NCBI GenBank assembly: GCA_030295235.1
Contig: AP026128.1
Location: 620,001-684,000, forward strand
Source: Fistulifera solaris
Taxonomy: Eukaryota
DNA length: 64,000 bases
Direction: 5' to 3'
The stretch's first letter is position 1. Every line of letters begins with the position of its first letter. The notes under the pieces were generated by a model. It saw nothing but the letters and a program-made list of their open reading frames with translations. It did not search any database and was not told the origin of the DNA. Made by a program: the position numbers and the translations under genes. This document shows positions 25,858 through 39,239 of the stretch, in pieces.

Positions 25858-26070
25858 GTTTGCACTTACCCAGAAAATGTGGGGGTGTGTTGTTTGCATG
25901 TACCCAGAAAATGTGGGGGTGTGTTGTTTGCACGTACCCAGAAAATGTGGGCGTGTGTTGTTTGCATGTACCCAGAAAATGTGGGGGTGTGTTGTTTGCA
26001 CGTACCCAGAAAATGTGGGCGTGTGTTGTTTGCACGTATACCCAGAAAATGTGGGAGTGTGGTATTTTCG
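25858..26070. repeat. 34-bp minisatellite, about 6 copies; same family as 6048-6552
   Basis: Near-identical TACCCAGAAAATGTGGG(G/C)GTGTGTTGTTTGCA units. Confidence 0.95.
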
Positions 26071-26202
26071 CACATAAAAATTTGGGATACCAGTAGGTCG
26101 ATCACAAGAGCCCGACAAATAATAAAATAATACTGGTAGTAGCCGACAACTAAAATAAAAAAACAGCAGACAGCCAGTTATTGAAAAAACAGGACGTTTA
26201 GA

Positions 26203-28239
26203 ATGGGACGTATGAGAAGGAAAGCACGGTCCAACGCGACGTCTTCGCAATGGACGGCCAACGACCGTTCCGATTTGGTGGCCTTTTTAGTAGCCTACCG
26301 AGATGCGGCCGTCGGTCGTTATCAGTTAAACAACCCGGAGCAGTTTGTAATTGGAGGAATCGATTTTCCTATTTTGTCGGTTCGCTCGATACGGCAACGT
26401 TTCTTGGCATTGCCGATCCAATTGACGGCGAAGCAACGAAAAGTCGTGCACGAGTGTTGTGTGGAAAGTAAGTCGTTTCGTTTCGTTTGTAGAAAAGCAC
26501 CAAGATTCAACATACTTACAAACAATCGACTAGCTTTTTTTGTTTCATGGGACCATCGATCGAGAAGACGGACAGCGACAAGTTTTGATTTCACTTTACG
26601 CCGATGGCTTGCCGAGGACCGAGGGTCGACGATCCGGTGCTCTGTACGTGTATCGACCTTGGTTCTGTCGCGAACGAGAAAGTACAGACGCGCAAGAAGC
26701 AGCCATCGAAGCCGTACAAGCTTTGATTGATCAACCGTCGCGTTGTATTCGAGACACGGATCGTCTCGATCTCGAACAACTTCAAACGATGGTTGTGCCG
26801 GGGCCACTGCTCGACAATCTACTTCTCGTTAATTCGTTAGCGAGTATTCGACAAATGCAACGCGAATGGAAGGAACATCCTCCCACCATCGTTGCCTTTG
26901 ACTTGGAAGCGTACAACGAATCCAAATATTGTCAGTTGACCTGTTTGCTACAAATCGCGGTACCGTCTCATCCACATCAACGACATTACATTATCGATCC
27001 ACTCGCTCCCGATGTATGGGATGAAATTGGCCCTATCTTGGCTCCCTACTTTGCCGATCCGTCCATTGTTAAAATTGGACACGCCATTGGCGGTCTGGAT
27101 GTTCCGTGCTTGTACCGCGACTTTGGAATTGTCGTCGTCAATGCGTTTGATACGTACGAAGCCGCGACGCAATTGAAATTGCCTCTCAAAGGACTCGCGG
27201 CAGTGTGTCATCAGTATCAGCTACTTCAGGATGGAGACTTTTATACAAAACTCAAAGAGCAGTATCAATCTTGCGATTGGAGAGTGCGCCCTTGACGGAA
27301 CCGATGCTCCAATACGGACGATTTGATATTCATTATTTGATGCCGTTACGAGAACTCATGATTCGTGATCTTACCCGAGATGCTTGGGCATCCGATCGTC
27401 AGCAATCGCAACTGGTAGCAGAAGCCCTGCAAGAAACGTTGCAACAGTTTGCACGAGAAGACGACGAGGATGATTTTATGACGTCGGCCCGGACCAGTCC
27501 GACCAGTTATGCAACTGGACGAAATAATGACGGTGAAGACACCGTCGGATATCAGAGTGCTGTTTCGCGGCAGTCTTCGTTAAGTGAGTACGATACTCCA
27601 GCCGAAGATGGAAGTGTAATGAGTAATTATACAAGGAAAAGTGAGTGCATAGCGAATGTGTTATCCCGCAAGGAGTTGAATGCTTCTGAATTACGGATGC
27701 AGATTGATTTGGGAAGGACCTTGGCCATGAGCCAAGAGCACTGTCGGAAACTATGGAGAGGACGCAACGAACCACGGATGGGAGTCTTGGATGTGCTCGT
27801 GCAGCGCCTTCGTCGCCATCAAATTCCGTGGACATCATCGCAGAACGAACTTTACATCCAACTGGCGGATTGGCGAGATGCGATAGCATCTGCTCTGGAA
27901 ACTTTGCCGCAATTCATCGCACCATTGGAGTTTTTGGCCGCTGTAGCTTATCAGCGTCCTTGTACTGAAATCGGTCTGCGAAGGATATCAACCAGTTTAC
28001 CGCACGCAATTGAAGAAAATAAGGAAATTCGAGAACAACTACTTGATATTGTTCGCGAATCTGCTTACACAAAGGAGAGCGAAGACATTTTTTGTGAAGA
28101 GTATTATTTCTATAAAGTGAATAGATTTCGTCGTTTGATGGATGATGGCATAATCATGCAATGGAAGTGGTCTATTGCAGTCGCGGTAGTCCTTGCAGGA
28201 GCAGCGTTGGTCGTGTCAGGACGCAAGCGTTCGAGATGA
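26203..28239 (+). CDS. RRP6-like 3'-5' exonuclease (R3H-like + DEDDy + HRDC) with C-terminal hydrophobic anchor
   Basis: QRKVVH (R3H); VAFDLEAYN...TCLLQI, KIGH..LD..LYRDFG, FDTYEAA, DWRVRPL, YGRFDIHYL; HRDC LADWRDAIA. Intron about 26468-26533; frameshift near 27290. Confidence 0.85.
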
Positions 28240-28325
28240 ACAGCAGCCAAAACGCGAACTAAGGTATGACGTTAAACAAGCTAATGCCAGTAATGTACTA
28301 AATATTGTTCGATTTTCGTAGTGGC

Positions 28326-30254
28326 TTACAAAGTCGGGGACATGCTGCTCAGATTGTGGAAAGCCCCCGACACTTGGGCGGAAGAAGGCACAGAGTCCCG
28401 CTTTTGCTGCAAATACTGGTGGCACGCATCCGCAACACCTCGGCCCTCATTGATGGCCCATACAACAAGGGATTGCCCGCGCCGGCAATCACCTCCAGCG
28501 AAAACACCTTCGACGTTGGTACGATAATCCCCATAGACTGCATGAATGTTCTTGCGTTGATCAGTATCTAACCCAAGCTCCTCAACAATATATTGCTCCG
28601 GCGCAACAAAGCCCATACTCAATACAACAAGATCTGCCGGCCATTCACGTTCCGAACCCTCAATCGCTTTCGGTCCCTCTTTGCTAATTTCAACATCCTG
28701 GGTAACTAGTGCCTTCACGTGACCATTTTCGTCTCCAATGAATTCCTTAGTCATGACTGAGTACACACGTGGATCCTTGCCGAATACAGCTTTGGCCTCT
28801 GCGTGGCCGTAGTCAACACCAAACACTCGTGGCCACTGGGGCCATGGGTTATCGGGAGCACGCGACATGGGAGGTTGGGGCATCAATTCAAAGTTGGTCA
28901 CCGACTTGCAACGATGGCGCATGCTAGTACCGATACAATCGGTTCCTGTGTCACCACCACCAATGACGATGACATCTTTGCCAGCAGCTGTAATCCAGTT
29001 TTCTTTCTCCCACTGAGATTCTAGGGTTCCCTCCTTGGTCATTAGCAGCTTCTTTTGGTTGGCGGTCAAGAATTCCTGTAAATACAAAGAGAAACAAGTC
29101 AGACAATGCTTTCAGGTGACATGAACCGTGCCCAAGTCCTGCTTACCATTGCAAAGTGAATTCCTTTTAATTCACGTCCAGGAACGGGCAAGTCACGAGG
29201 CTTCGTTGAGCCGACACAAAGGATCAAAGCATCCACATTGGCGCGCAATTCATTAATGTCAACATTTTGTCCAATGTTTGCGTTTGTCACAAACTCGATA
29301 CCCTCTTCTCTCAACAAATTCACTCTTCGATCAACGGTATCCTTTTCCAATTTCATGTTGGGAATGCCGTACATCAAAAGCCCTCCGATTCGGTCCGCAC
29401 GTTCATAGACTGTGACTTTGTGTCCCATCTGGTTCAACTGATCCGCCGCCGCCAGCCCCGACGGACCCGATCCTACGACTGCTACAGTCATTCCAGTCCG
29501 ATTTTCTGGAATCCGCGGCGTAATGAGGCCCTCCTTCCACGCACGGTCCACAATACTGTACTCAATGTTCTTAATAGTCACCGGTGCATCGACCAATCCT
29601 GCCACACACGAACCTTCACACGGCGCCGGACACACTCTTCCCGTAAATTCCGGAAAGTTGTTGGTTTTGTGCAGCCGATCGATGGCATCTTCCCACTGTC
29701 CGTTGTAGACTAAATTGTTCCATTCCGGAATTAAATTGTTCACCGGACAGCCCGCATGCGTCTGACAGAACGGCGTACCACAATCCATGCATCGGGCCGC
29801 CTGTACTTTGCGTTCCACGCTGGTGTGATACTCGCTATCTTCCTCGGTGGGGTTCAATTCGCCCCAATCGCGGACGCGTTCGGTGGGCTTGCGATAGGGT
29901 TCCGGATTGCGTTGGTAGTTCAAGAAGCCGCGCAATTTTTCAATCGAGGCGTACGATCCGTCGCGGCGTTTGACACTGTAATAGAAGAATGAATAGAAGA
30001 AGATTAAGTTGAAAATTGGTTCTAAAAAATCATGGGCAGGCATCACCTTCCGATCGCTCGACGGAATTCTCGTACAGTTGGTACCGATCTCTACGTACGT
30101 ACCGAGGTTCATTGTCGTGATCGCTCGATTGGCCCTCTCTCCAAATTTCGTGACGACCATCGGCACCCAAAGGACCCGCTTTTTCAATTTGAGTCGATAA
30201 CGTTCTCCATGTTCGGCTTGAAGCCACAAGTCGTTGCGTGCGTGCGGCCAACAT
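28326..30254 (-). CDS. gltD: Glutamate synthase small (beta) subunit, stand-alone, with mitochondrial-type presequence
   Basis: [72 protein letters not shown]. Two introns (about 29977-30101 and 29076-29146). N-terminus [20 protein letters not shown]. Confidence 0.93.
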
Positions 30255-30763
30255 CTTGAAGAATGATGCGAGAAAAAAAAAAAGCGAAGAAGCCAGCCCT
30301 TGACCACAAAAAAAAAGAATGGGTGCAAATTTTCACGAAGATTGGCCAGGTCAATCTTCCGCCCAAAATTCCGACATGAGTGGTGCTCGGACAATGCGGA
30401 AAAGGTAAGGTATAGTACAAAGTAGAACCGAGTACGTCACGGCGTCCGACTTGCGGACAGAAACAGAAGCAGATGTCACATTCGTGAACCGTTCTTCGCT
30501 TCGTTCCCCCATGCAAGTACAACCCATAAAAAATACTCCGTATACGGAGTACTCCGTATAAGGTTATCAGTCTTGTACAGTATCTGCACGTCCGTCGTCG
30601 GCTCCTTCTTCCACGCAATAAATAATAACGTTGTGTATTGATGTCCAATCGACGTCCATTTTTAAAAATGTATTGGCACAAAAGAAGATCATGTCGGAGA
30701 AAGCGACGATGGCATTGGTGCACAATACCTGGTAGACGCCAAAAATGGTGTAAACGAGAAACT

Positions 30764-31465
30764 CCGGGTTCCCCTGCAGAGATAAATTTCCTACGGCGGC
30801 TACGTGAAATACGCGTAGACATTCGAAGTGTTGTATTATTTTACTGTTTCATGTATCACAATCCAATCAAGGTAGATAATTGCTTAATTGTACGCATGAG
30901 CGATGTTGGGCAAAGTATTGTTGACATTGGTGTCCAAAAGACGTGAAAAAGGTGTGATTGAAATTGCACAATTTCCGGGTGCCCCCTCTGTCGATAAATT
31001 TCCCTACGGGAGCTACGTGAAACTACGTAGACATTCGAAGCGTTGTTACATTCGTTCCATCAACGTTTTGTTTTCAACTCGATGACACCTATTGCTTCCC
31101 GATACGAAGCAAGTACAGTGCGCAAGATAACGTTGACATCTGTGCACTTTAAATCCAAGCTTTGGATGATGGTGAAAAAACAATATCCGGGTACCCCTGC
31201 AGAGATAAATTTCCTACGGCGGCCACGTGAAATACGTGTAGACATTTGAAGCGTTGTATTCTTCAACTGTAACATGTTTCACAGTCCAATCAAGGTAGAT
31301 CATTGTTTCATGGCACGCATAAGTGATGTTGGGCAAAGTATTTTTGGCACTGATGTCCAAAACAAGCGAAAAATGGTGTGATCGAAATTAGACAATATCC
31401 GCGTTCTCCTCTGTCGATAAATTTCCCATCGGGAGCTACGTGAAACTACGTAGACATTCGAAGCA
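30764..31465. repeat. Array of four ~70-bp conserved cores at ~212-bp spacing (A-B-A-B)
   Basis: CCGGGT.CCCC....GATAAATTTCC(C)TACGG..GCTACGTGAAA..CGTAGACATTCGAAG at about 30764, 30976, 31188 and 31399. Confidence 0.9.
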
Positions 31466-32008
31466 TTTTATTTCTTGTTCTTTGTTTGTTTTGTTGTCTG
31501 AATACGCTCAAGTTTAATGAAATATATTCACTGTTAGTGATTGGAATGTTTTTCTTGGTCAAGCTGGCTGCAGGGCGGATTTACTTCATGTCGGTTCAGT
31601 AAACAAGGCGCTATCATTCCACTGATGCAAAGAGTACCATATCAGTTTCTGTCTGTCCGTCGTCCGCTCATTCGTTCGCCCAAGGAATGACGTGTGTGAT
31701 CCGTCGCAATGATCTTTTCGACAGCCTCCACCTTGATGATGATGATGATGATGATGTGTTTCGTTTTTATCCCTCCGATCGAAATCCTTTGACGCGGATA
31801 CCCGATAGCAATCGTGTAATTGTTGCTGTTGTTAAAAAAGGATTACTTTTCTTATATAAAGAACCGATTGGGCTTGCCGTTGGATCAATCGCTGATCTTT
31901 TTCGAACGTCCCTCCTTTGCCTTCATTGAAAGGAAATCGCACCTCCTTTCCTGCGATCCATCGGGCTTCCTGTTTCCTATAAAATCTCGTCTGTCCTCCA
32001 TTCCTTGA

Positions 32009-33825
<1,817 letters not shown>

Positions 33826-34054
33826 AGCAATAATTAGATAATGATTCGCTTTCAATTTTCCTGCTACCTGCGATTGTAAGCGTGACTCATGTTCCCAAAA
33901 AGTGAAGCTTGAGGTGTGATGCCTTCAATCTATTTTCTGCCTTGGAAGGATGAGGGCATGTACAGTTATTTGTTTGATCCAAGAATGCGCATAAGACAGA
34001 GTAGCGGTTTTAGCTAGTATCGGCTTATTACAATATTTATATTTCACATAGCGC

Positions 34055-34747
34055 TCACGCCGCTGGAGCTGTTGGTGCTGACTTGAAGAACAATAATAGC
34101 ACGTTTCCAATGAAACCGTCTAGGTTACCAATGGAATCGTGTTCTTCGTAGGCATTGAAAGAAATTATAGTTGATAGCAGCTGCTCAAAGCAACTTCGAG
34201 ATTTCACTTCATCTCCAAGAGACAAATGAATCTGTCCCAAGTTGTTGGAGATGGCCATTGATTGCAATGGCGAGATAGCGAGCTCCTCGTTTATTTGAAT
34301 CGAGCAGACGAGCTCATATAGAGATTTAGCCTTGAGGAACTTTCCTTTACAGTTGGCATCCTGGATGGCGATGAGATGGTGTGCAAGCGCAATATTGTAT
34401 AGTATTACAAAGGAGAGCTTGACGTTATCTCGGAAGGATTGCATGTCTTGCTGATGGGCTGAAATGTACATTGGTGAAGTGAACGTGTACCCTTCTACTC
34501 CCAAGCTTGAAAGTAAAGTGCATCCGCACTCCGGAGGGCTTTGGAGGAAAACGCCAGGAGGTGACTCGTTATCGTCATCCTCGATGGTATCCTTGCTAGT
34601 TTCCTCCAGCCGTATCATTTCTAACTTGATGAGACTCAAGGCTTTTGATAGAGCTCTGAGTGCCTGGTCGTACCGTCCCTTTGAGATCATGTGTATACCA
34701 ACATTGTTTAAGAGAACAGGGTCGTTGCTTTCAGCGACCAAACTCAT
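34055..34747 (-). CDS. TPR-like protein of a family common in diatoms
   Basis: LNNVGIHMISKGRYDQA, ILYNIALAHH, SNNLGQIH; C-terminal APAA. Confidence 0.75.
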   Translation of the reverse strand: MSLVAESNDPVLLNNVGIHMISKGRYDQALRALSKALSLIKLEMIRLEETSKDTIEDDDNESPPGVFLQSPPECGCTLLSSLGVEGYTFTSPMYISAHQQDMQSFRDNVKLSFVILYNIALAHHLIAIQDANCKGKFLKAKSLYELVCSIQINEELAISPLQSMAISNNLGQIHLSLGDEVKSRSCFEQLLSTIISFNAYEEHDSIGNLDGFIGNVLLLFFKSAPTAPAA

Positions 34748-35972
34748 GGTGTATAGTCTGGTGGTGTCGATCGATTGTGGGATTATGGAGCAACAGTTGG
34801 TATCCTTTGTTTCGTTTGTGGTGTTATTTTTGTCGACCTCAAATAATACCAAAGGTGAAGCTTGAATTCGGTTTTCGGTTGTCGGGGTTCCTCGCAGCAG
34901 AAAAGCCTAAAACCTGAATACAAATACAGAACACGAAACACGAATACCTCATTCCTTACTCCTTACTCAATTCTATAATGTTTTCGCAATAGCGAACACG
35001 AGCTTGAAACCCGAAGGACTAAAGGGCTATGTAATTGTTAATTGTTACTGTAGTGTTTTGAGTTTTATTGCTTTCCGATTTGCACCAAATTGATACGCGA
35101 CACAATGGAACTTGAAGTTAAATGATATGGCTCATTTGATAGATAGTAGAATAATGTAGGTTATTTGTGAGTTTACTTACTACAGGACCAGTTAACCAAT
35201 CATCCTAACGGCTAACGGCAGAATGCGAATACAGCCTTATCAGGAAGCATTTTCAGTTTTCAGTGTTCTCGGATTCTGCGCGTTCTCAACCCGTTCGCCA
35301 CTCTTCAGCTGCCTTAAACCCTCGAATTTCAATGTTCTTTGTTCTTCGCTTTCAGTTTTCTATCAAATGTTTCGGTGACGTTTGTGGAAACATCTCCCTA
35401 CGTCCCAATCAGATAATAGATTAGGAAGCTAGTCACTTGGAGTCACCTTGAGGACGATGACATCCGTATCTGACATCCAAATAGCCCTTAGAGCTATTAA
35501 AGTCTAGATTCAAGACCTCAACGCTAAACGCTGAACTTGGATCTTGGATGAGCTACGCGGAATAATGGAGTAATTGTGCGATAATAGGGAGATAAATATG
35601 CTAGAGAGCCTAAGACTCCAGGCGGAGAATCACGAGGCTCCTTGTTCCCGATTGCTAGGAAGAGCGAAGAGGTAAGATGTGCAAGATATAAAGCTTCCGG
35701 AACTTTGCGGCTGGATAAGACACGGCAACACAATGGGCTCAGCAAGTGAAAACTTGGGTGTCCTCGAAGAGTGCACTGAACATAAAGTCTCTTTACAAGA
35801 TTCTCTAAAACTAAAAAACACGCCGTCTATTGAGCTTAGTTTTTACCAACACTGGATCACACGATGCATACAGCCTACAAGTGGGACAATAATTGTAAAT
35901 GATGTTGCCTTTGCGGCGATCATACCCGGCGAGTGCAGTTGTACATTGAGAGTAGCGCGAAAATTAGCAACG

Positions 35973-36317
35973 TCAATCGAAATAGGCATCTTCATCAACC
36001 TCACCATCCCATTCGAATTTCTCTGTCTTGTTGTCTACTTGCTCCTTTGAGTCTAATTTCTCTTCTTTCTGTTTTAGCCACGGGGTATCATCGCCGCTAC
36101 TGTCGAGAAAAGACGGGTCACCACCCATGGCTTCAATTTCTTCTTCTTCGCTGGCGAAGAAGTCACTTCCCTCCACAAAGGTGAAAGAACCCTTGAAGTT
36201 TCCTTTATCAGAAGCAGAGTATAACTTTGTGGCGACTAGAAAAGAAGGCTTTCGTGATGAAGGCACGAACGCATCGAGACCAGAAAGTAAAACAAAAAAG
36301 GAAAGCAAGTTGATCAT
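35973..36317 (-). CDS. Small acidic protein, probably plastid-targeted
   Basis: MINLLSFFVLLSGLDA|FVP bipartite signal; acidic C-terminus EWDGEVDEDAYFD. Confidence 0.75.
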   Translation of the reverse strand: MINLLSFFVLLSGLDAFVPSSRKPSFLVATKLYSASDKGNFKGSFTFVEGSDFFASEEEEIEAMGGDPSFLDSSGDDTPWLKQKEEKLDSKEQVDNKTEKFEWDGEVDEDAYFD

Positions 36318-36729
36318 CGTCAATCAATCTGGATTGATTAGTGACCTAATTGGAATCTAGCTACGGACCGGAGTTGAAGCTCCTTGACTGTGAAGTGTAT
36401 TTATCCCTTCTGGCGATTGGCGGATGGTTCCCCATGGTGATGATCACGTGCGTGTTTTGTTTTTGTTTTTTTTTGTTTTGGCGGCCGAAAGGAAGCTCGC
36501 CGGTGCGATATGAAATGTTACAGAGACTGAGTTAGTGTAGGAAGTCAAGTACTCCGGGAAAAAGTTGAGGCGGCGCGGACGCGGACGAGGTGCAAAAATC
36601 CTCCGCGACCGCCGCGCACGAAGATTTTTGTTTTTGTTGCACATAATTGAACGCGAACCTCTTACCACTCTTCGTGATTTCAGAGTCAGCTTGTCATCGA
36701 CGATACTCTCAATTGGAAACAGAGCAGTA

Positions 36730-37086
36730 ATGGAGACTGAGCAGGACGGAAGTGCGGCTCGAAACAATGAAAATCGGATGGTTTATTCGGTTATTTGGAT
36801 CATTCTACTTTTCCTCGTGGTTTGGCCTCTGGGATGGTTCCTTTCGCCAATCTGGATCGTCTTGTTGGCCGGAGAAGCCTTCCTTCCTCCAGGTACGTGA
36901 GAGCAACGCTTTTACTTTGAGTAGCAAATACTTTCTTCGGTCGTAAATAATCTAATATTATCTTCTGATATTCATGACGCAGTGCGCGAGCTGAACAGGT
37001 TCATCGAAAAGCTCTTGACATGGCCGCGAACAATGGGATACGCTATTCAAGAAGGAAGGACTGAATTCCCGACACCTCTAGATTAA
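36730..37086 (+). CDS. Small membrane protein (~88 aa)
   Basis: VYSVIWIILLFLVVWPLGWFLSPIWIVLL; intron 36893-36982 leads to VRELNRFIEKLLTWPR...TPLD*. Confidence 0.7.
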
Positions 37087-37440
37087 ACAAATATAATTAG
37101 AGAGGAAGAAAGGGAGGTATCCAATGGACGATACTTACTCGACTTGTCGAGTATAGATTTTTCAAAGAGAACATCTTGTAATCGCTCCTAATAGAAAGTC
37201 TACTTTGAAGGTATTTTTGTATGCACCTCTCCGTTGGCAATAGTTTGATTTCTGACCGGGGAGCGCGATTTGCCTCCTCAGATGACGCGCCTGTTTCCCG
37301 AGTACCTGGTAGGCCGATAACGAACAACGGCACTTTACCTACATGAAGGAATGACTATCAGAATTAGGATTTCTATTCCGTGGCGACATAAAGGTTGCTT
37401 GTTCCAATAGACTACTCGAGCCGAGGGGATTGCGATGTAT

Positions 37441-38115
37441 GAATTACACAATATTCGGGTTCCCCATCTGTCGATAAATTTCCCTACCGGGCCTACGTGA
37501 AATGTGCATACACATTCGCATCAGTTCATCTATTGCCTTTTCTATGTTTCGACGTTCCAATAAAAATGTCAAATCCTGCTAAGGGAATCTATGAAGGTAC
37601 GCGGAGGACTGTTCTGATAATATTTGTCGTTATTGGACCCAAGAGCGGATGAGGCCAAATTCGAAAAGTTCCTAATGCTACCTACATCGCTAAAACTCTA
37701 CGGGGCCTACGTGAAATTCACGTAGACATTCGATGCGTTGTATCTTCGCTACTTTTACCGTTTAGTGCCATTAGTGATGTTGGTTGATGGTTAAAATTAG
37801 GATGGCAGTCGAAAAGGCCCAAAAAAAGGATCATGTCGAATTACACAATATCCGGGTGCCCCCTCTGTCGATAAATTTCCCTACCTGGCCTACGTGAAAT
37901 GTACGTAGACATTCGCATCAGTTCATCTATTGCCTTTTCTATGTTTTGACGTTCCAATAATCTATGACGGTATGCGGAGGATGGTTCTGATGATAATATT
38001 TGTCGCTATCGGATCCGAGAATTGATGAGGTCAATTTCGCGCTAGTTCCGAATGCTACCTACATCGATAAAATTCCTACTGGGTCTACGTGAATTCTACG
38101 TAGACATTTGTAGCG
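37441..38115. repeat. Second array of the ~70-bp-core family (four cores, ~200-bp spacing, A-B-A-B)
   Basis: GATAAATTTCCCTAC..GCCTACGTGAAAT..ACGTAGACATTCG cores at about 37455, 37675, 37850 and 38050. Confidence 0.88.
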
Positions 38116-38198
38116 TCAACACTCTGATAAACATCCGGGTTTCTTTGTGCAAACAACGAATTATTTTTTGTTGCTGGGATGTTTCGGAACATTGACTA

Positions 38199-39239
38199 AT
38201 GGGCATTAAAACAGAAGATATGAAACAAATCCAGCAGAAGTTGTTCACTAAAGAAGATCCATATCATGTTCATAAAACACTTGGACTGGTTGCGCTCTCT
38301 TCCTACATCTATCGCATTTCAAATTTTGGAGCGAGCGACATGGGCTTTTCTCCTACGAAAGAAAGCAGCGATGACTTCTACGTAATCACGCTACTCACAC
38401 TTCTTGTGCACGTTTGCTTGAACATTAGTAGTTTTGAATTTCATATACCCGCAAAACGGATTCAAAGTGACGGTGGCCGTATTTGGCCGCAATACCGATT
38501 TCATTCGCTGGTCTTCTCTTGTCGGGGGTTACTCTGCATCGCGCTGAATGCTTTCTACTACAATGCACTCAAGTCATCGCAGTCACCTCTTGGGTCTTCT
38601 TTTACTCTTCCCCATGGAAACTACTTGATTGTAATCGCCACTATGATCATAGGCGACATTGCCTCCAACTACTGGGTCCAGTACCCCTCCAACTCGATTC
38701 GCGATCTGAAAGCTTCTCCCGTGATCAAGTATTACTTCTCGGTCATGCAATTTCTGGCGACGGGTGTTTCTCTGGTAGGACTTCGCCGGTGTTCTTTGCA
38801 TTATTACATGGTCATGGTCGTCCAGGTTACAGCCTTTCTCATGACACTACGGAGAAAAAACTTGGTGTCTCATGAAACGAATGTGATTCTATATGCTTTG
38901 CTGCTGGCTGGAGGATTCGTAGTGGGAATTTATGAAACGTATGTTTGGGATCCTGCGCAAGAGCTATTGTGGATCTCCGCTTTTCTTGGAATGACTGCTG
39001 CTGTGCTACGAATCCTTTGTGGCATGAACAAATACGTGATTTGGACTATGCTACATATCGTAAATTGCTATTGCTTCCTTCCGAGTATTCAAAGTCAAGA
39101 AGCGAATCTACATTCCATGATCCTGCTAAGTCTTGTTCGGATCCGATGGCTCGGCGTCAGTGCAACAATGATTATGGTCCTAGGCGGATTATGGAGGAGT
39201 TATTTTTCTTCGACACAGATTAAAAGCATCTCTGATTAG
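38199..39239 (+). CDS. Multi-pass membrane protein, unknown function
   Basis: Intact 346-aa ORF with about 8 TM segments; TKEDPYHVHKTLG, IWPQYRFHSLVFS and AFLMTLRRKNL look like conserved motifs. Confidence 0.8.
   Translation: MGIKTEDMKQIQQKLFTKEDPYHVHKTLGLVALSSYIYRISNFGASDMGFSPTKESSDDFYVITLLTLLVHVCLNISSFEFHIPAKRIQSDGGRIWPQYRFHSLVFSCRGLLCIALNAFYYNALKSSQSPLGSSFTLPHGNYLIVIATMIIGDIASNYWVQYPSNSIRDLKASPVIKYYFSVMQFLATGVSLVGLRRCSLHYYMVMVVQVTAFLMTLRRKNLVSHETNVILYALLLAGGFVVGIYETYVWDPAQELLWISAFLGMTAAVLRILCGMNKYVIWTMLHIVNCYCFLPSIQSQEANLHSMILLSLVRIRWLGVSATMIMVLGGLWRSYFSSTQIKSISD

Noticed and set aside
31735..31756. (GAT)n tract within a short ORF
   Set aside because: Ordinary intergenic microsatellite; the ORF has no coding support.
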